Positions 18,256 to 31,198 of a stretch of 64,000 nucleotides of DNA are shown piece after piece. The notes under the pieces were generated by a model, which had not been told where the DNA came from, ran no database searches, and worked only from the letters and a program-made list of their open reading frames with translations. Source of the stretch: a virus (Duplodnaviria; Caudoviricetes); IMG/VR virus record IMGVR_UViG_3300022377_000098, positions 8,270 to 72,269 of that record, one strand, 5' to 3'. Within the stretch, counting starts at the first letter, position 1. The number at the start of each line of letters is the position of its first letter. The translations under genes and the position numbers were made by a program.

Positions 18256-19107
18256 TCATACCACCTTAAAAACAAAAATCTTTTTGCCGCCTACAAAGAT
18301 ACCCGCCGCGCCACGCCGCTTGCCGGTCAGCTTGAAAAAATAGTCCCGGCCAGATGCGCCTGTTCGAGTAATATCCACAATAGACCCGTTGCCCGCAGTC
18401 ACAGCAGGGCATCCAGCAGCGCAGGTCAGCTTGACGGTGTAAGACTGCCCGACCGGCTTTGCCACGTCCATTGTGGTATCAGAACGCACAGCGGCAGATG
18501 CAGGAGCATACCGCAGCGTCGGCTTTGGTGCGGCAGGCACAGCAATGGGAACGCCGAAATACTTGCAGATGCCCACATAGATTCCGCGCGCGTACTTGTC
18601 CGCATTCCAGCCATTCATGTCAGTCGGGTTGTCGATAAATCCGCATTCCACAAGGCAAGCGGGCATATTTGTTTCGCGAATTACGCAAATCCAATCCCTG
18701 CCACCGTCACCGATTTTGGTTTTAACCGGTTCACCGTGTGCGGGCATACCGGTTGCGGCTTGCACTGCATTCTGAATATTCGTCGCAAGGGTAGTTGACT
18801 TTCCACCTGCAACACTGCGATAGGTTTCCACTCCATGCCCATGTCCGGCATTCAGATGGATGGACACAAAAATGTCTGCACCCCATGCGTTTGCTTCGGC
18901 GGCACGTCTGCCAAGGTCTGCGTTAGGGTTGCTGTCATTTGGTGTGTGGTTGGAACTGCGGCTCATTTTGCAGTCGAAATATTTGCTCGGCAGGAGGGCG
19001 CACACGCGCTTTGCAACGTCCAATGCACAATCTGCTTCACGTTTCCCGCACCCAGTCGCGCCGCTGTCATAGCCACCGTGTCCGGGGTCTAAATATACTT
19101 TTGCCAT
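18256..19107 (-). CDS. endolysin, N-acetylmuramoyl-L-alanine amidase (Amidase_3)
   Basis: LDPGHGGYDSGA, FVSIHLN, CLVECGFIDN. Confidence 0.92.
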   Translation of the reverse strand: MAKVYLDPGHGGYDSGATGCGKREADCALDVAKRVCALLPSKYFDCKMSRSSNHTPNDSNPNADLGRRAAEANAWGADIFVSIHLNAGHGHGVETYRSVAGGKSTTLATNIQNAVQAATGMPAHGEPVKTKIGDGGRDWICVIRETNMPACLVECGFIDNPTDMNGWNADKYARGIYVGICKYFGVPIAVPAAPKPTLRYAPASAAVRSDTTMDVAKPVGQSYTVKLTCAAGCPAVTAGNGSIVDITRTGASGRDYFFKLTGKRRGAAGIFVGGKKIFVFKVV

Positions 19108-19124
19108 TATGTATCAGCCTCCAA

Positions 19125-21146
19125 TTATTTCAGCAGTACTTTAATGTGCGTGCTGTCTAACCGTGTCATCACACGGCAGTTTGTCTTTGTATCAGATTTG
19201 GTTGCCGTGCCATCCCCTGTTGCCGCAGGCTGTGCATAACCATTGACTGCACAGGTGCCATCATCAATCAGCACCAACTTACCGAGCATACCGACCGTGC
19301 TCCACTCAGGGCGCTTTTCACGATTTTCGTACTCGTTTTCTTTTGTGGGGTCATAGTTTGGATTGACTTTAAACCTTGTTTCTGTGTGCTCTGGTATAGC
19401 GGGCATAATTTCCACACCATTTTCATCCATCTTTGCAGGCTGTGCTGGAATTGTAACTTCCTCCAAAATGCGCCGCCCGAAAACGTCACAAGCGTAACGC
19501 TCTTTCCATGAGTCAGCAGGAGAGTCACCAATAATAGCGGGTAAAGCGGACACAATCCCTAACACATCATCATCTGGTTTTGCGTAACGGATTTTTTCGC
19601 CATCCAAAGTCACAAGTCGCCCGACTCTATCCTCCTTATTCGGGTTGCCGTCAAGCCACTCGAAGTATTCTGAATAATCAGCGCCGGAGGAATTGAAAGC
19701 AGACAGGCCATAGACGGAACCATTGAATTTAACGCGAAAGCAGTTAGAACGTGCTGTATCAGATGTGCCATTACCAATCACTAAAGCATCATTAGTTGTG
19801 GAAAATTCAGATGGGTTTCCTACTGAATTTTTGTTGTATTCACCCATAGAAAATTCGGATTTATCATGAGCTACGGAACAGTAGCCTAACGCTGTGGAAC
19901 AGTAGCCTAACGCTGTGGAGCCTCCTCCTAACGCTGTGGAACAGTAGCCTGACGCTACACAACCCCATCCTGACGCTGTGGATGCATATCCTGACGTTGT
20001 GGAACCCAATCCTGACGCTGTGGAATAGTGGCCTGACGCTGTACAATCCCGCCCCATACATACAGCATGGTCACCTAAAGTTGTACCTGCTTTTTGCCCT
20101 GCTGTTGGATTTTGTGACTTTAGCTGATAATCTGTAAGACTAACACTTGTAGCTACCCATGCTGTGCCGTCCCAAACATACGCTGTACCATTAACCAGAT
20201 GCCCCTTTGTATCGCCAGTCAGGTATGCGGCTTGCAGCGCATCAACCGTTGTATACGACTCACCATACGCAAATGCCGCGCCAGTGTCGCCTTTTTCGCC
20301 TTTCCACTGGTCTGCACTGTTTTTGTACGTCTGACTTTCGGTGTCCCAATCTTTCCACACACCACTTGCATCACGCTGCGGCACATGGCTTGCTTTTTCT
20401 GTGGCAGCGTTGGCGGCAGTGATGGCAGCTTGTGAGTCTGTTTCACGCTTTGTTTCTGCTGTCTGCCGCGTTTGCTCCGCTGCTATACGTGACTGCTCTG
20501 CCGCAACTCTGCCCGACTCGGCTGTGACGCGCCCTGACTCGGCGGTTACGCGGTTGCTCTCCGCAGTGTCCATAGCTGCTTGCTTTTGCGTAATGTCTGT
20601 AATTGCTGTAGTGGCGTTTGTTACGGCTGTTTGTGAATCTGACACGGCTTTATCAGCTTTCTGCTCTGACTCCTGCACAGACCCGAGTGCCTCAGCCAGT
20701 GAAACGAACTCGCTCGTAGATACGATTGTTTGTTCCATATCGTCAGTAGCAATGTCCAGCGTAATGCCGGTAGCTTTCAGTTCCGTGCCGTTGCTGCCGA
20801 AAATTGCTACTGTGCAATGCGCATTGCCCGCCGCTGCCGTCGTCTGCTGTGTGAGAACAAATGTAACGGTATTCGGGTTTCCATCTGCTCCATTCGCAAC
20901 GATTGTGCCATTAATAAACGTTGCATTACCGTCTGGCTTTTTTGTGTACAACCGCGCCGTGCATCCGGTCAAGTCAAGCGGCTTCTGCCGGATTTCTGTC
21001 TGTTGCAGTGCAGTTACTGTCTGTACGTTTTCCACAAGGTGAAGGGTCAGCATGCGGCTGTTTTCCTCACCCTGCACGGCGAATTTATTGATTAAATTTT
21101 CTTGCGATACATTTACCTGATATTCAGGTGATTCAATTCCTGCCAT
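19125..21146 (-). CDS. tail fibre/receptor-binding protein (BppU-like N-terminus, YadA-like repeats, C-terminal autoproteolytic chaperone)
   Basis: LDLTGCTARLY, xSTAxG heptads, GADYSEYFEWLDGN. Confidence 0.82.
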   Translation of the reverse strand: MAGIESPEYQVNVSQENLINKFAVQGEENSRMLTLHLVENVQTVTALQQTEIRQKPLDLTGCTARLYTKKPDGNATFINGTIVANGADGNPNTVTFVLTQQTTAAAGNAHCTVAIFGSNGTELKATGITLDIATDDMEQTIVSTSEFVSLAEALGSVQESEQKADKAVSDSQTAVTNATTAITDITQKQAAMDTAESNRVTAESGRVTAESGRVAAEQSRIAAEQTRQTAETKRETDSQAAITAANAATEKASHVPQRDASGVWKDWDTESQTYKNSADQWKGEKGDTGAAFAYGESYTTVDALQAAYLTGDTKGHLVNGTAYVWDGTAWVATSVSLTDYQLKSQNPTAGQKAGTTLGDHAVCMGRDCTASGHYSTASGLGSTTSGYASTASGWGCVASGYCSTALGGGSTALGYCSTALGYCSVAHDKSEFSMGEYNKNSVGNPSEFSTTNDALVIGNGTSDTARSNCFRVKFNGSVYGLSAFNSSGADYSEYFEWLDGNPNKEDRVGRLVTLDGEKIRYAKPDDDVLGIVSALPAIIGDSPADSWKERYACDVFGRRILEEVTIPAQPAKMDENGVEIMPAIPEHTETRFKVNPNYDPTKENEYENREKRPEWSTVGMLGKLVLIDDGTCAVNGYAQPAATGDGTATKSDTKTNCRVMTRLDSTHIKVLLK
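19875..20045 (-). repeat. 21-bp tandem repeats encoding 7-aa head repeats
   Basis: GAACAGTAGCCTAACGCTGTG and variants. Confidence 0.8.
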
Positions 21147-21147
21147 A

Positions 21148-23544
21148 TTAATTCCACCCCGTCATAACGCCACCATTAAAGTTTATTGTTACGGTACCGC
21201 CATCAGATTTTGTCAGTGGCCCGATTGAGCCATTCCAGCCATTTGTACCGTTAATCGTAAGCCCACTACAATCTACTGTGCCACTCGTGGCAATCAATCC
21301 GTTTGCGTGCAGTTCATTCGCTTTCAGCGCGCCCATGATTACCTGTGCATAGCTGCCACTGTTACTAAAATATGTGCCATGCCCGCTTGTGGGCTGAAAG
21401 CACATATCATATGTGCCCGTTTCAGGGTTGCTGCTCACGCCCAAATGTCCCAGCTTAGAGCCGTTATAGTAAAAGTCAAATCCGTCACCAGTAAACTGTA
21501 CGGATTGGCTTGAACCGTCCTTGTGGTTGAACGCGTACACAATGGCATCTGAACTCTGCGTAATCGCTGTGCTAACAACCGAATTAACTTCTGTCCTCGA
21601 TACCTTGCTGCTGATTTCATCCGCCTGCTGTGTAATCTGCGACTGCAAACCGCCCACCTTGTCATTGACGGATGACGTGATAGAGTCGGCAGTCATTTTT
21701 ATTTCTGCGTTGGTTTTCGTTTCGGAGTTCGTCACAGACAAATCAATCGTGTTGTACAGTTGCTTAATGTCGCTCATTTCGTCACCGTGTGACACCGTGC
21801 TTTCCAGCCCGTCAGCAAGCTTCTGAATTTTGATGCGCAGTTCTTCAGATTTCGTGTTCAGCGCTTGTAATTCATCCCACAGCTTTTCGGATTCAGAATA
21901 AAAATCGGAGGAATTTTCGGCCTGCGACTTTGCTTCACAGGAGATTGCTTCGGCAGAGTTCAGCTTATAAGTCAGATTGGTAATGACTGACTTGCGTCCC
22001 TCAATGTCCACAATGTCCCCCGCTTCCAGTGCAGGGTTGCTGTAAATCGTTGCGCTGTATGGCGTAATGGTGTTGCCTATCAGGTGTGGAGCTATATTGT
22101 CCACAATCTGCTGCACATTTGCCACATCACGGTGCTGCCGGACTGTTACCAGTCTGCCGGGTAAATCCGAAAAATCAGCAGACGTCAGCAGCTTGCCTTT
22201 GTACTCAATCTTTGCCGCATCAATTCCAGCAAAGCAACTATCCGACTGCAAGCGTGCAATGTCGTTATACAACACATCTACCAGCGCATTTATGCACGTC
22301 CATGCGTTTGTGCCGCTTTCCTTGTCCGTCTTTTTTGTGATATATCCTAAGTCAGCGGTTAAGTCCGCTTCTTCCTGTGCCATGCTTGACTGCGCAGTTT
22401 CGTAATAACTGGTAATGTACTTTGTCAATCCGTCTGGCAAGTCCTGCTTTGGCTCAAATGCGGCCGTTGCAACAGTTTTCGCACTGTCCTTTAGGTATGC
22501 AATGCAGGACTTCACATCTGAATCATACTGTTTTGCGCTGTCCACAAAGGTTTTACGCTCCGCGTCCGTGGGATTGTATGTACCGCCGTACCGGCTGCAA
22601 TAGTTTTGCAGTTCCACGCACTGCGATTTGATTCCCGCCAGTCGCGCAGGTACATCCGTATCCTTGCTTTTGATGGCGGAGTTGATGTTGACCGCCCATT
22701 CGTCGCAAATAACCTGTTCATATATTGCAGCTTGCAGTAGCTTATTGTCAGAATCTTTCAGGGTAATTACATACCCATCGTTGCCGGACTTCGCGTCAAC
22801 ATTTTTACTGTCAATCTTAACGCCGGTCACGGTAATATTGTCTTTTGCAGGCTCATACTTCTGGTAACTGCTGATATTGTACGGTGCGGTTGAATAGTCA
22901 AACCACTTGAATTCAAGTTCTCCGTCCGCATTGCATTGCGCATAACATCCTGCCAACTGTGCAATGTTCGCAATCACATCGTGATATGTGGAAGATGAAT
23001 ACTGCGGGTCTCTGAAAATCTGATAATCACTATTATGAAAAGTTTTAGTTTTCAGTGAAATTCCGCACTTGTCACAAACCTGCTGTGCAAGGTTTCCCAA
23101 TGTGACCGGATAAGTAACATCCATGTCAACTTTGCTGTCTGACTTAGAGAGATTTCCATATGCAGAAACCGTTATTGTATTGCGACCCTTGTAGTCATAT
23201 GCGTTGTATACACCTTGCTTCACCCATTCTACCGTGTCGCCGGTATAATCGCGCTTGACAACCATGCCAATGTACACGGTAATGCTTGCTTTGCAGAAAT
23301 CGCACTGCGTAAACTTTCCGTCAAAGTTATTCAGCATGATTGTACATAAGTCTGTAATCGCGGAGCCTACTGTATAATCAGACTTTGAAGAAACTCCGCT
23401 ATCAATGGTTACACTGCCTTGCATGATGTCTGCATCTTTTAGCGGGAATTCTGTTCCGTTTGCCAACTTCACATCTGCTTTGAAGTGGAATTCTCTGCCA
23501 TTTAGCAGAACAAATTTCTAAAAATCATCCGATACTGGTTTCAA
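21148..23544 (-). CDS. tail protein/baseplate hub; in-frame TAG at codon 9
   Basis: AAGGTGG RBS, TTG start, MKPVSDDF*KFV...KADVKLANG continuous with ORF-track call. Confidence 0.8.
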
Positions 23545-23557
23545 TCTATCGCCACCT

Positions 23558-23935
23558 TTACACTTCGACAAAGTCAAATTTTATGTTTGAAATCATGGAC
23601 TGGCTAAACCGCCCATTTTGCTTCACAAAATAATTGACTGGCGCGCTTCTGTCACCCACATAAAATGTTGCTGTGCGGTATCCTCCAAGCCTTATGTCCG
23701 GATATGTCAGCAGGAATGTTTCTGGCTGAACGTGCTGTAACAGCACAGATGCTCTTGCTTCCGTCATAGGAGCCCATGTGCAAGTAAGCTTCACCTACTG
23801 TGCCACTCTATCTTTGTGCATTAACCCCTACTGGTCGCGCCCTGCTTCTGAATCTGATATGTCTTGCAATGCCCATTCCATGGACTGCGGGGTTTCAATG
23901 GTGTTTCCGTTTACCATCAATGTTGACTGTGCCAT
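23558..23935 (-). CDS. distal-tail-like protein (DUF6711-like); TAG at codons 36 and 47
   Basis: MAQSTLMVNG...QDISDSEAGRDQ*GLMHKDRVAQ*VKLTCTW. Confidence 0.8.
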
Positions 23936-24041
23936 TCAGCTTCACCGTCCTTTACAATAAAAAAAGAGTATCACACTCATTTCTGAATATGACGCTCTTA
24001 TGGCGCTCTATGAAAACATAAATTTTTTTAATTATATTTTT

Positions 24042-24079
24042 ATTTTAGCATGCTTGAACTGATTTCGTCACTCAAAACC
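24042..24079 (-). promoter_or_regulatory. conserved phage promoter motif, copy 1
   Basis: GGTTTTGAGTGACGAAAT-14-TAAAAT. Confidence 0.65.
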
Positions 24080-24111
24080 TGTGAACTCAATGTTAATAGT
24101 TGCTTCCATTT

Positions 24112-24245
24112 GGTAGTCAATTTTTTTGACTAGGTGGTCTAATTTCTTGACTAGGGGTAGTCAAATAATTTGACTAGGGTAGTCTAGTTTCTTGACTACC
24201 TCTAATCCTTTATTTAAATATAATATAATTATAATATATATAAAG
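24112..24245. repeat. four tandem 22-23 bp imperfect palindromes plus AT-rich tract
   Basis: GGTAGTCAA-N5-TTGACTAGG x4. Confidence 0.75.
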
Positions 24246-24365
24246 CGCGGAGTTTTTAAAAAAATCTCCACGCAAAATCTAAAAAACGCTTCGCAAAAAA
24301 AATTCTGGTCAAAGGGAAAAAGACAAAAGAAAAGACCCACTTGAAAAATCAAGTGAGCCTAATCG

Positions 24366-27300
24366 TTAATGAGTTGGAACGTAACGTCTACTATCGATTG
24401 CTTTGTAATTTTGAGTTGAATCGTAAATGCTCTTGCCGTCAAGGTCTGCTGTAACATGAAGTTGAATTGGTTTTCCGCTGTTACTTTGCAGAATTGCAAG
24501 GATTGCGCCAACCTGATTTACAAGTTCATTCTGATTGGATGAATTTGCTGAATTGCCATTTGTCTGCTGTTCAGCAATGCCCTGTGCAATCTCTGCATAG
24601 GACTCTTTACGCATTGGTAAAGCGGCTTCTTTTCCTTTTTCACCTATGCCTATCAGCGTAGGTGCGTCATAGATGCCTCCATTTGCGTTCCAACCGCCCC
24701 AATCGATGTTTCCGATACCTTTTGCGTATCCGTGTCCTTGTCCCCACACGCCGTCAGGAGAACCATAACGCGCCCATGTGTAACGGATGGACGCGAGGAT
24801 GTTTGATAACGGGTCAAGAATGTTCGTGTTGTATCCGGGCAAAGCGTAAGTCGAAAATGTTTCAGGGATTAATTGCATCAAGCCTTTAGACGGATGCCCA
24901 GCGTAATAATTTACGTCATGCAGGTCTGACGGGTCGACCTGCCCACTGGATTCAGTGTTCATCTGTGCCAGCAGCAAATCCACATTGTGCGTGGAATAAT
25001 GTCCAGTCATCATAAGCGCCTTAGATGCAAGGCTTCTCCACTGTTCAACTCCAGAGCCAACATTTGCAACCGCACTCATTGCAACTTCCATTGCACTCTT
25101 GAAGTTCGGAATGCCATAGCCAAGAATGTTTCCAGAGTTTGAATTGCGATGCTTTCTGAATACACCCTCTGCGCCATCGCTTCCACTTGTGTTGCCCTCA
25201 ATCGTATTTACAAGACCGCTTGCAATGCTCTCAACGATGCCGATATGGTCGGCGGTACCGTTCTTGTCCCAATCATAGAAAATCAAATCGCCGCGTGCAG
25301 GATTGTTAGTCCAGCGGTTGGCTGACTTGAAATGGCTCATGGAATCCTCGCAGGAAGCAGATAGATATTCATCCACTCCCGCACGTTTCAAACACCAAGA
25401 CACGAACATATCGCACCAAGCGGCACCGTTCATTCCGAAGTCGCGCCCAAACTTTGTGAAGTCTGCATGACCGGCATTGGCTGCTTTATCGTCCAGACTG
25501 CTGTTTGAACCTTTTTCGAGATAGCCCAATTCCGATTCTGCAATCTTTAGGAATGCTTCCACGGTGCCGTTTCCGGGTGCTGTAAACTCTGCGAGTTGCT
25601 TTTTGATGAAGTCAACGGAATGACTTGTCAAGAACTGTACTGTGCTCTTTTCCATCTCGTTCCATGGGAAGTTAATGGATTGCATAGCCGTGTTTTTGTC
25701 TATAGCGGCGTGTAAGAGCATTTCGGGTTTGTCTAGGTAATTCCATATGTTTGTAGAAAAAGTGTCTAGAACGGCCTTAGAAGTGCCGAAAAAGTCGCCT
25801 ATACCGTTCGCATAGTGTGGGAACATCTGCTTTGTCTGTTTTGCAGGCAGTACAGACGAACCGGCAGGCAAATCAGGAATCAGCACATTGCGCCCTTGCG
25901 GAATAAATGCGTGACCGTTTGGGAGCTGAACCATTTCGCGATAAGTAGAGCCGGATTGGTCGTTGACAAGTGCTGCTCCGCCCGGATGATGCCCTGAACC
26001 ATAGGCATAGTGTTTGATGCTGATTGGCTTTACAGTTGCTTTAGAACCGACCGCAGACAGCACAGAGTTGATGCCCGCCACTACACCATTAATTGCGCCA
26101 CCAATTTTATCAGCAACATTGTTGTTGATGGCTTTGGAATGCTGATTCACAATGTTGTCAGAATCGCTCATGTAAATCTGTGCCGACTGTTTCACTTTAC
26201 TGAAATAAGTACTTGCATCAGATGAAATTGCTTTGAATTTACCGGAAGCATTGCTGTACATGCTGGAAGCTTTGGAACTCACATCACGTTCAGCAGACGC
26301 AAAGTTGCTCTGTTCAAAAGACTTTGCAGCAGAGAAATTTGCATTTGCACTTTTGGAAATCCCACTGAACTTTCCATCAATGAATGTGCTAATCCCATTC
26401 CACTTTGTGTTTGTGTCTGTCTGGATAGTGGCAGATGTATCAGAAACATTTGCACTGATTCCTTTCAGAAGCGTAGGCACAGAATTGTTCAGGCTTGCAG
26501 AGATTTCCTGATACTTTTTTGCGGTATAGTCTGTTTCGTCTGAAACAATTTTCTTGCGGGTGTCGGCAGAAGTGCGAAGATTGTCTGTAATCTGCTTAAC
26601 CTTTGCACCGGATTCTCCCAAAATGCTGGAATCGGTCTTTCCATTAACATTGAACACATTAGCAATAACTGTGCTTCCACTTTCGCCAGACGTTTTAGAA
26701 TTTTCCACAATTCCCTTTGCGAGAGCGGAAAACGTGCTGCTGTTCAATGGTAAAATAGCTTCGGAACCGGCCTCACCGACAACAGATAAAATTGGAGATG
26801 TTGTAATGCCACCCCTTGCTGAAAATGCAACACCAAGCAATTTAAGGATTTTGGGTATTGCCCCACTTATTAATCCTGCTCCACCAAGAGCGCCAGCTAA
26901 ATCAGAACCGGCTTTTGGCGGGTTTGTCTTTTGTATGGCTGCAGTCTGCTTTCCAGCCGAGTTCCACGCTTGACTAAACCAGTTTCCCACACTTTGCAGT
27001 GCTTTCCCAATGTTCTGAAATACAGTTGAAAAAGCAGTAAGCTGATACTGACAAGTCTTTTGCGTGTTGGTCTGCAGATTTGTTCCAAACTTTGCAAAAT
27101 CGTCTGATATGCCTTTCAGCTTTGCGTTAACCCGGTTGTGAGTTTCTCCGAGATAATATGATGCACTTGTGAGCACAGCTAACCATGTTGTTTTTGCCAA
27201 AGTCGGTATGCTTTTTGCGATATCCTGAAAACTCTGATTTGCGCCTTTTGAAAAGGCACTTACCTTATTGCCTGTTTGAGAATTGAGTTTTGATGACGTT

Positions 27301-29480
27301 TGAGAAAGTACGCTTTGCCACATTGCACTTGTAGCAGCAGTGACAGTACTTTCCATTCCACTAAATATCGATTCTGAATTTGCACTAAATCCAGATAACT
27401 TTTTTTGTGCTGACTGTGACTTTAGGCTCGTTTCAGAGTCAATATGGCTCCACGACTGCGCCCATGATGCTGCCATTGCAGTACCTGCCGCTCCAAATGA
27501 AACCTGCATATTGGTTGATAGAGAATTTACTTTTTCTTCTACAGGCTCAAATGATGGCAGAAATAAAGAAGAATCGAGCGCTGGAATTACTGCCGGCTGT
27601 ACTTCTGGAGCGGAAATTGGCTGCTGATACAAAGCTTTACCATATAGAAAATAATCAAGCACAACCGCAGGAGCGATCAGAGGTTCAAATACTGGTGCTG
27701 CTACAGGCTCCTGATACCTGCCTTTTGACTTCTGGTAATCTCCATCATCCAGAGGCGGCACATACACTGGAGGAATTTCAAGGCTAGGAACCGGAATCTG
27801 CTGAACTGCTTTTGCAACAGCTTCTGCTCCCTCTTTAACCTTTTGAGTAACGGTTTCAACGCTTTTCTTAGTTGCCTTTTCTTCCTTATCCCTTTTGTCG
27901 TCAATCTTGTCAAAAACACCTTTAATGTTCTTGAAAAGGTCGTTAAAATTCCAGTTTGACTTTGGAGTAGGAATTGTTTTGAACATTTTACTATAGTCAG
28001 GGTCACTACTCTTTTTACTGTCAGAATCAGAGGACTCTTTTTTATTCAGAACATTCAGTTCATCAAACCCCATAACCGTTCTCTGGAGTTCTTTTACTTT
28101 CTTCTTTGCCTTATCAGCACTGTCGCCTGTTTTGTCAAGTGAAGCAGCATAGTCAACATTCGTCTTTGTTGCAATAGTGACAGTCTTTTGCCCTGTAATC
28201 TGTGCAATGAAAATTGCAAGCTTATTAGCCGCTGCCGCAATCCCGTCTACAATATTAGTTATTGCCGGAGAAATTGCTTTCAATATTGCTAAAAGCGGTG
28301 CTGCAATCGCATTTTTTAGGTAGGTGAAACTGCTCATATACTTTGACAAAGTATCATTTGCGTCTTTATTACCTAGCGCAGCGTCTTTGAACCCTTCTGT
28401 AATACTGTTAAGTACGCCCTGAAACGCAGTGAATGCAATCATTCCAGTCATCATGTGCTTGATAATCGTTAGAGTGCTTTGGCCTGCGCCTTTTGCTTTG
28501 TTCCCCGCTCTTTCTGATTTATTACCAAACTTATCCATAGCAGAACCAGCTTCATTCGTAGTGGAAGCAATCTGCTCCATCTTCTCCGCAACTTTCTGCT
28601 GCTTTGCGGTTAGGCTGTTCATGGAATTTCCAGCCTTTAATACTCTGCTTTCCAGCTTTAAGTATTCCTCACTGCCAACGCCCTTTGAAGCGCCTGCTTC
28701 TTGTGCCTTTACTTTCAGATTTTGGTACGCAGTGGCGGCATTGTCAATCTGTGCAGCAAGTGACCGCAACTGTGCTTCAAGATTTGCAAATTGTGCGGCA
28801 GAATCACCAGAAATACCATTCATAGAGGATTTCAGACGTTCAATATACTGCGTCACTTCCTCAATGGCTTTTGTAGAATGGCTCGTGTTAACTTGCGCTT
28901 GCGTAGGCTGGCTCATAGCCTTTCTCAAATCAGAAACGTTCGGTTGCATAGAATGGTTTGCACTCACAGATTCACTTGCTTGACGCTGCAACGCAGACTG
29001 TGCAGCTTCGGTTGACATTTTATCAGTGCCACCATTGACATATCTGTCTACGGCTTTTGCCGCTAAATCAGTAATGGAATTGTCAGAATCCGCCATAAAT
29101 TTTTTAGCCTGCGCCGTCTTTTCAAGAGCAGCAGACAATTTTTCTGCTTGAATCTGTGAGCGTTGCATGGACACGTTTGCACGGTCAAGGCGCGCCTGAT
29201 ACATAGCCATGTTTGATTCTGCTTTTTTGGTGGCCTGCACATTTTTGTTTGTAACGTCTGCCCCCTCTTTTTCTGTATCATAGAACTTTTTAAGAGAAGC
29301 AAACGCTTTTGAAGATGATGCAATTTTGTCCATTTCTGCCGTAAAAGATTTCAGTGCAGGAATTGACTTAGTTAATGATGATTGGAAAGACTCAATCTTA
29401 GCAATCAGTTTGTCTAATGCACTATTTGCTTTTGTGGCAGAAGCCTATATTTCAATGTCAAGGCTGTTATCTTCTCCCAT
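24366..29480 (-). CDS. tape measure protein with C-terminal CHAP and SLT domains; TAG at codon 12
   Basis: MGEDNSLDIEI*ASATKAN...; WCDMFVSWC/HIGIVE CHAP; TESSG/GLMQL SLT. Confidence 0.9.
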
Positions 29481-29544
29481 AAATAATCACACTCCATCTA
29501 TATAAAAATAGGGATACAGCACGTCTGCCATACCCCTGTTTTCG

Positions 29545-29916
29545 TTAACATCTTCGTTCTCCCGTAATGACTTTGGGAGCAGTGCCGTTAAGCATTTTAT
29601 CAATCTCCTCTGACCGCTTACGGAAGTATGTTTCCATTGACTGTTGCTGCTCTTTTACAGACTCTTGCTTGCTCTTGGGAGCAAGCATTGATTCTGGCTT
29701 TGTCGGATACTGTACGCTGTCAGTTAAACAAGCGCCAACAGCCTGCATTACATAGTAGCCTTGCAACCATGCAGCCGTATCAGCCCGCTGCTGCCATAAC
29801 TCAATTTCAGCTTCATGCTTTATGTTGTAGGCATTCACATAAAGCCAAAACAATTCTGGTTCAGCGTTCCAAAACTCGTCATAGCTACACCCTGCTATTA
29901 CGGCCAATGGGAACAA
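29545..29916 (-). CDS. tail assembly chaperone, C-terminal part (probably a -1 frameshift product)
   Basis: SYDEFW motif, no RBS; -1 frame open back into the upstream chaperone gene. Confidence 0.6.
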   Translation of the reverse strand: MFPLAVIAGCSYDEFWNAEPELFWLYVNAYNIKHEAEIELWQQRADTAAWLQGYYVMQAVGACLTDSVQYPTKPESMLAPKSKQESVKEQQQSMETYFRKRSEEIDKMLNGTAPKVITGERRC

Positions 29917-29966
29917 TTCACATTCAAATTGTTCAGTTGCAGTTTTGTACTGCTTTTGCGGTTCTG

Positions 29967-30302
29967 TTACGCTGTTTTCTTCGGAGCCACGAGAAATGTC
30001 TTGCTCTTTGCAGACTTCCCGCCCTCGGTAAAAACCTCCATGAAAGGCTCTACCAGAGCACTGTAAATTTCATCCACTCCGAATTCTTCGATTGCCTTAT
30101 CGGAAATTTCAACAGCTTCGGAATAGCTGATATTCGGGTGGAACTTACCAAGCCCGCAGTAAAACAGTTTGTCGGCAGAAGTGTAGATTTTGTCCTACAG
30201 GTCGGAAACATTGCCGCCGATGCTCTCAAACTTACGAACAGAAGCGCGGTCATAGAACAGTTTGTAGGTCTTTTCACCCACATTTACATCAAAAGAATTC
30301 AT
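29967..30302 (-). CDS. tail assembly chaperone; TAG at codon 36
   Basis: MNSFDVNVGEKTYKLFYDRASVRKFE...SDL*DKIY. Confidence 0.78.
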
Positions 30303-30344
30303 ATTGTTATACCTCCGTTACATTCCTTAAAATTTTAGTTTCTG

Positions 30345-30782
30345 TTAAACAGTAGCAATCATTGTGCTTGTGTCTGCTACATGGTCGTGACTGGAAACGT
30401 TGACTGCCAGAGAGCACTTGCCTGCCTGCCCAGCAGAATAACCACTAATCCATGTTGCACCGGTTCCGACAAAGTGTTCGCCGCTGCCATCCTGATAGAC
30501 AATGAGAAAATCCTTTGGAATTTTCAAACTTACATATCCGCTTACAGCCGTATAGTTTGCTTCGGTGTGGTTGTACTCGAAATCATATGTAGGCGTGTCG
30601 GGACGGTCGGAAACGTACTGCTTGTATTCACTGTCCAATGTGGTAACTTCCAGTTTGTTAGGAGTGCCACCGGTGTCAGGAGTCTTAACAACGGATACCA
30701 GCTTTTCATACTAGCCAGCATCGTTCTTTTTCATCAGTTTAATGCCAATATCAGTAAGTGCAATAACATTTGCATCAGCCAT
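30345..30782 (-). CDS. major tail protein; TAG at codon 24
   Basis: KNDAG*YEKLV...PDTGGTPNKLEVTTLDS. Confidence 0.82.
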
Positions 30783-30799
30783 ATTTTATACCTCCGTAT

Positions 30800-31198
30800 T
30801 TACGAATAGATTTTGTTTCGGTAAGCGTCATACCGGCATGAATACCGCATAACGTACCTATAAATTGTCGTGTCTGAAACGTTCTGCATTGTGCCGGAAA
30901 ACTCGCACTTCATGTGCAAGTCATTTTCCAGAGAATCAGCAATAGCAGAACGGATTTTCATAGCTGTGGTTTCAGCAGTGCCGCCTTTAGTGTAAATCTC
31001 AATTTGGCAGGTAAATGAATACTTGCGTTCTCCATAATCAAGCGTGTGCTCAATTTCAGGGAAGTCAACATTCTGCACTGTGACATACGGGAATTGTGTG
31101 GACTGATTCTGAAAAGGCTTTACAACCAGTGCAGCAGGACATACAGAAAGTACCGCTTTCTTGACATATGTATAAACTGCATTTGTAAGGTCAACCAT
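30800..31198 (-). CDS. tail terminator-like protein
   Basis: FPYVTVQN, position before major tail protein. Confidence 0.65.
   Translation of the reverse strand: MVDLTNAVYTYVKKAVLSVCPAALVVKPFQNQSTQFPYVTVQNVDFPEIEHTLDYGERKYSFTCQIEIYTKGGTAETTAMKIRSAIADSLENDLHMKCEFSGTMQNVSDTTIYRYVMRYSCRYDAYRNKIYS

Noticed and set aside
19125-21146. Diversity-generating retroelement acting on the tail fibre
   Set aside because: No reverse transcriptase and no TR/VR pair in the window; the 21-bp repeats are YadA-like structural repeats.
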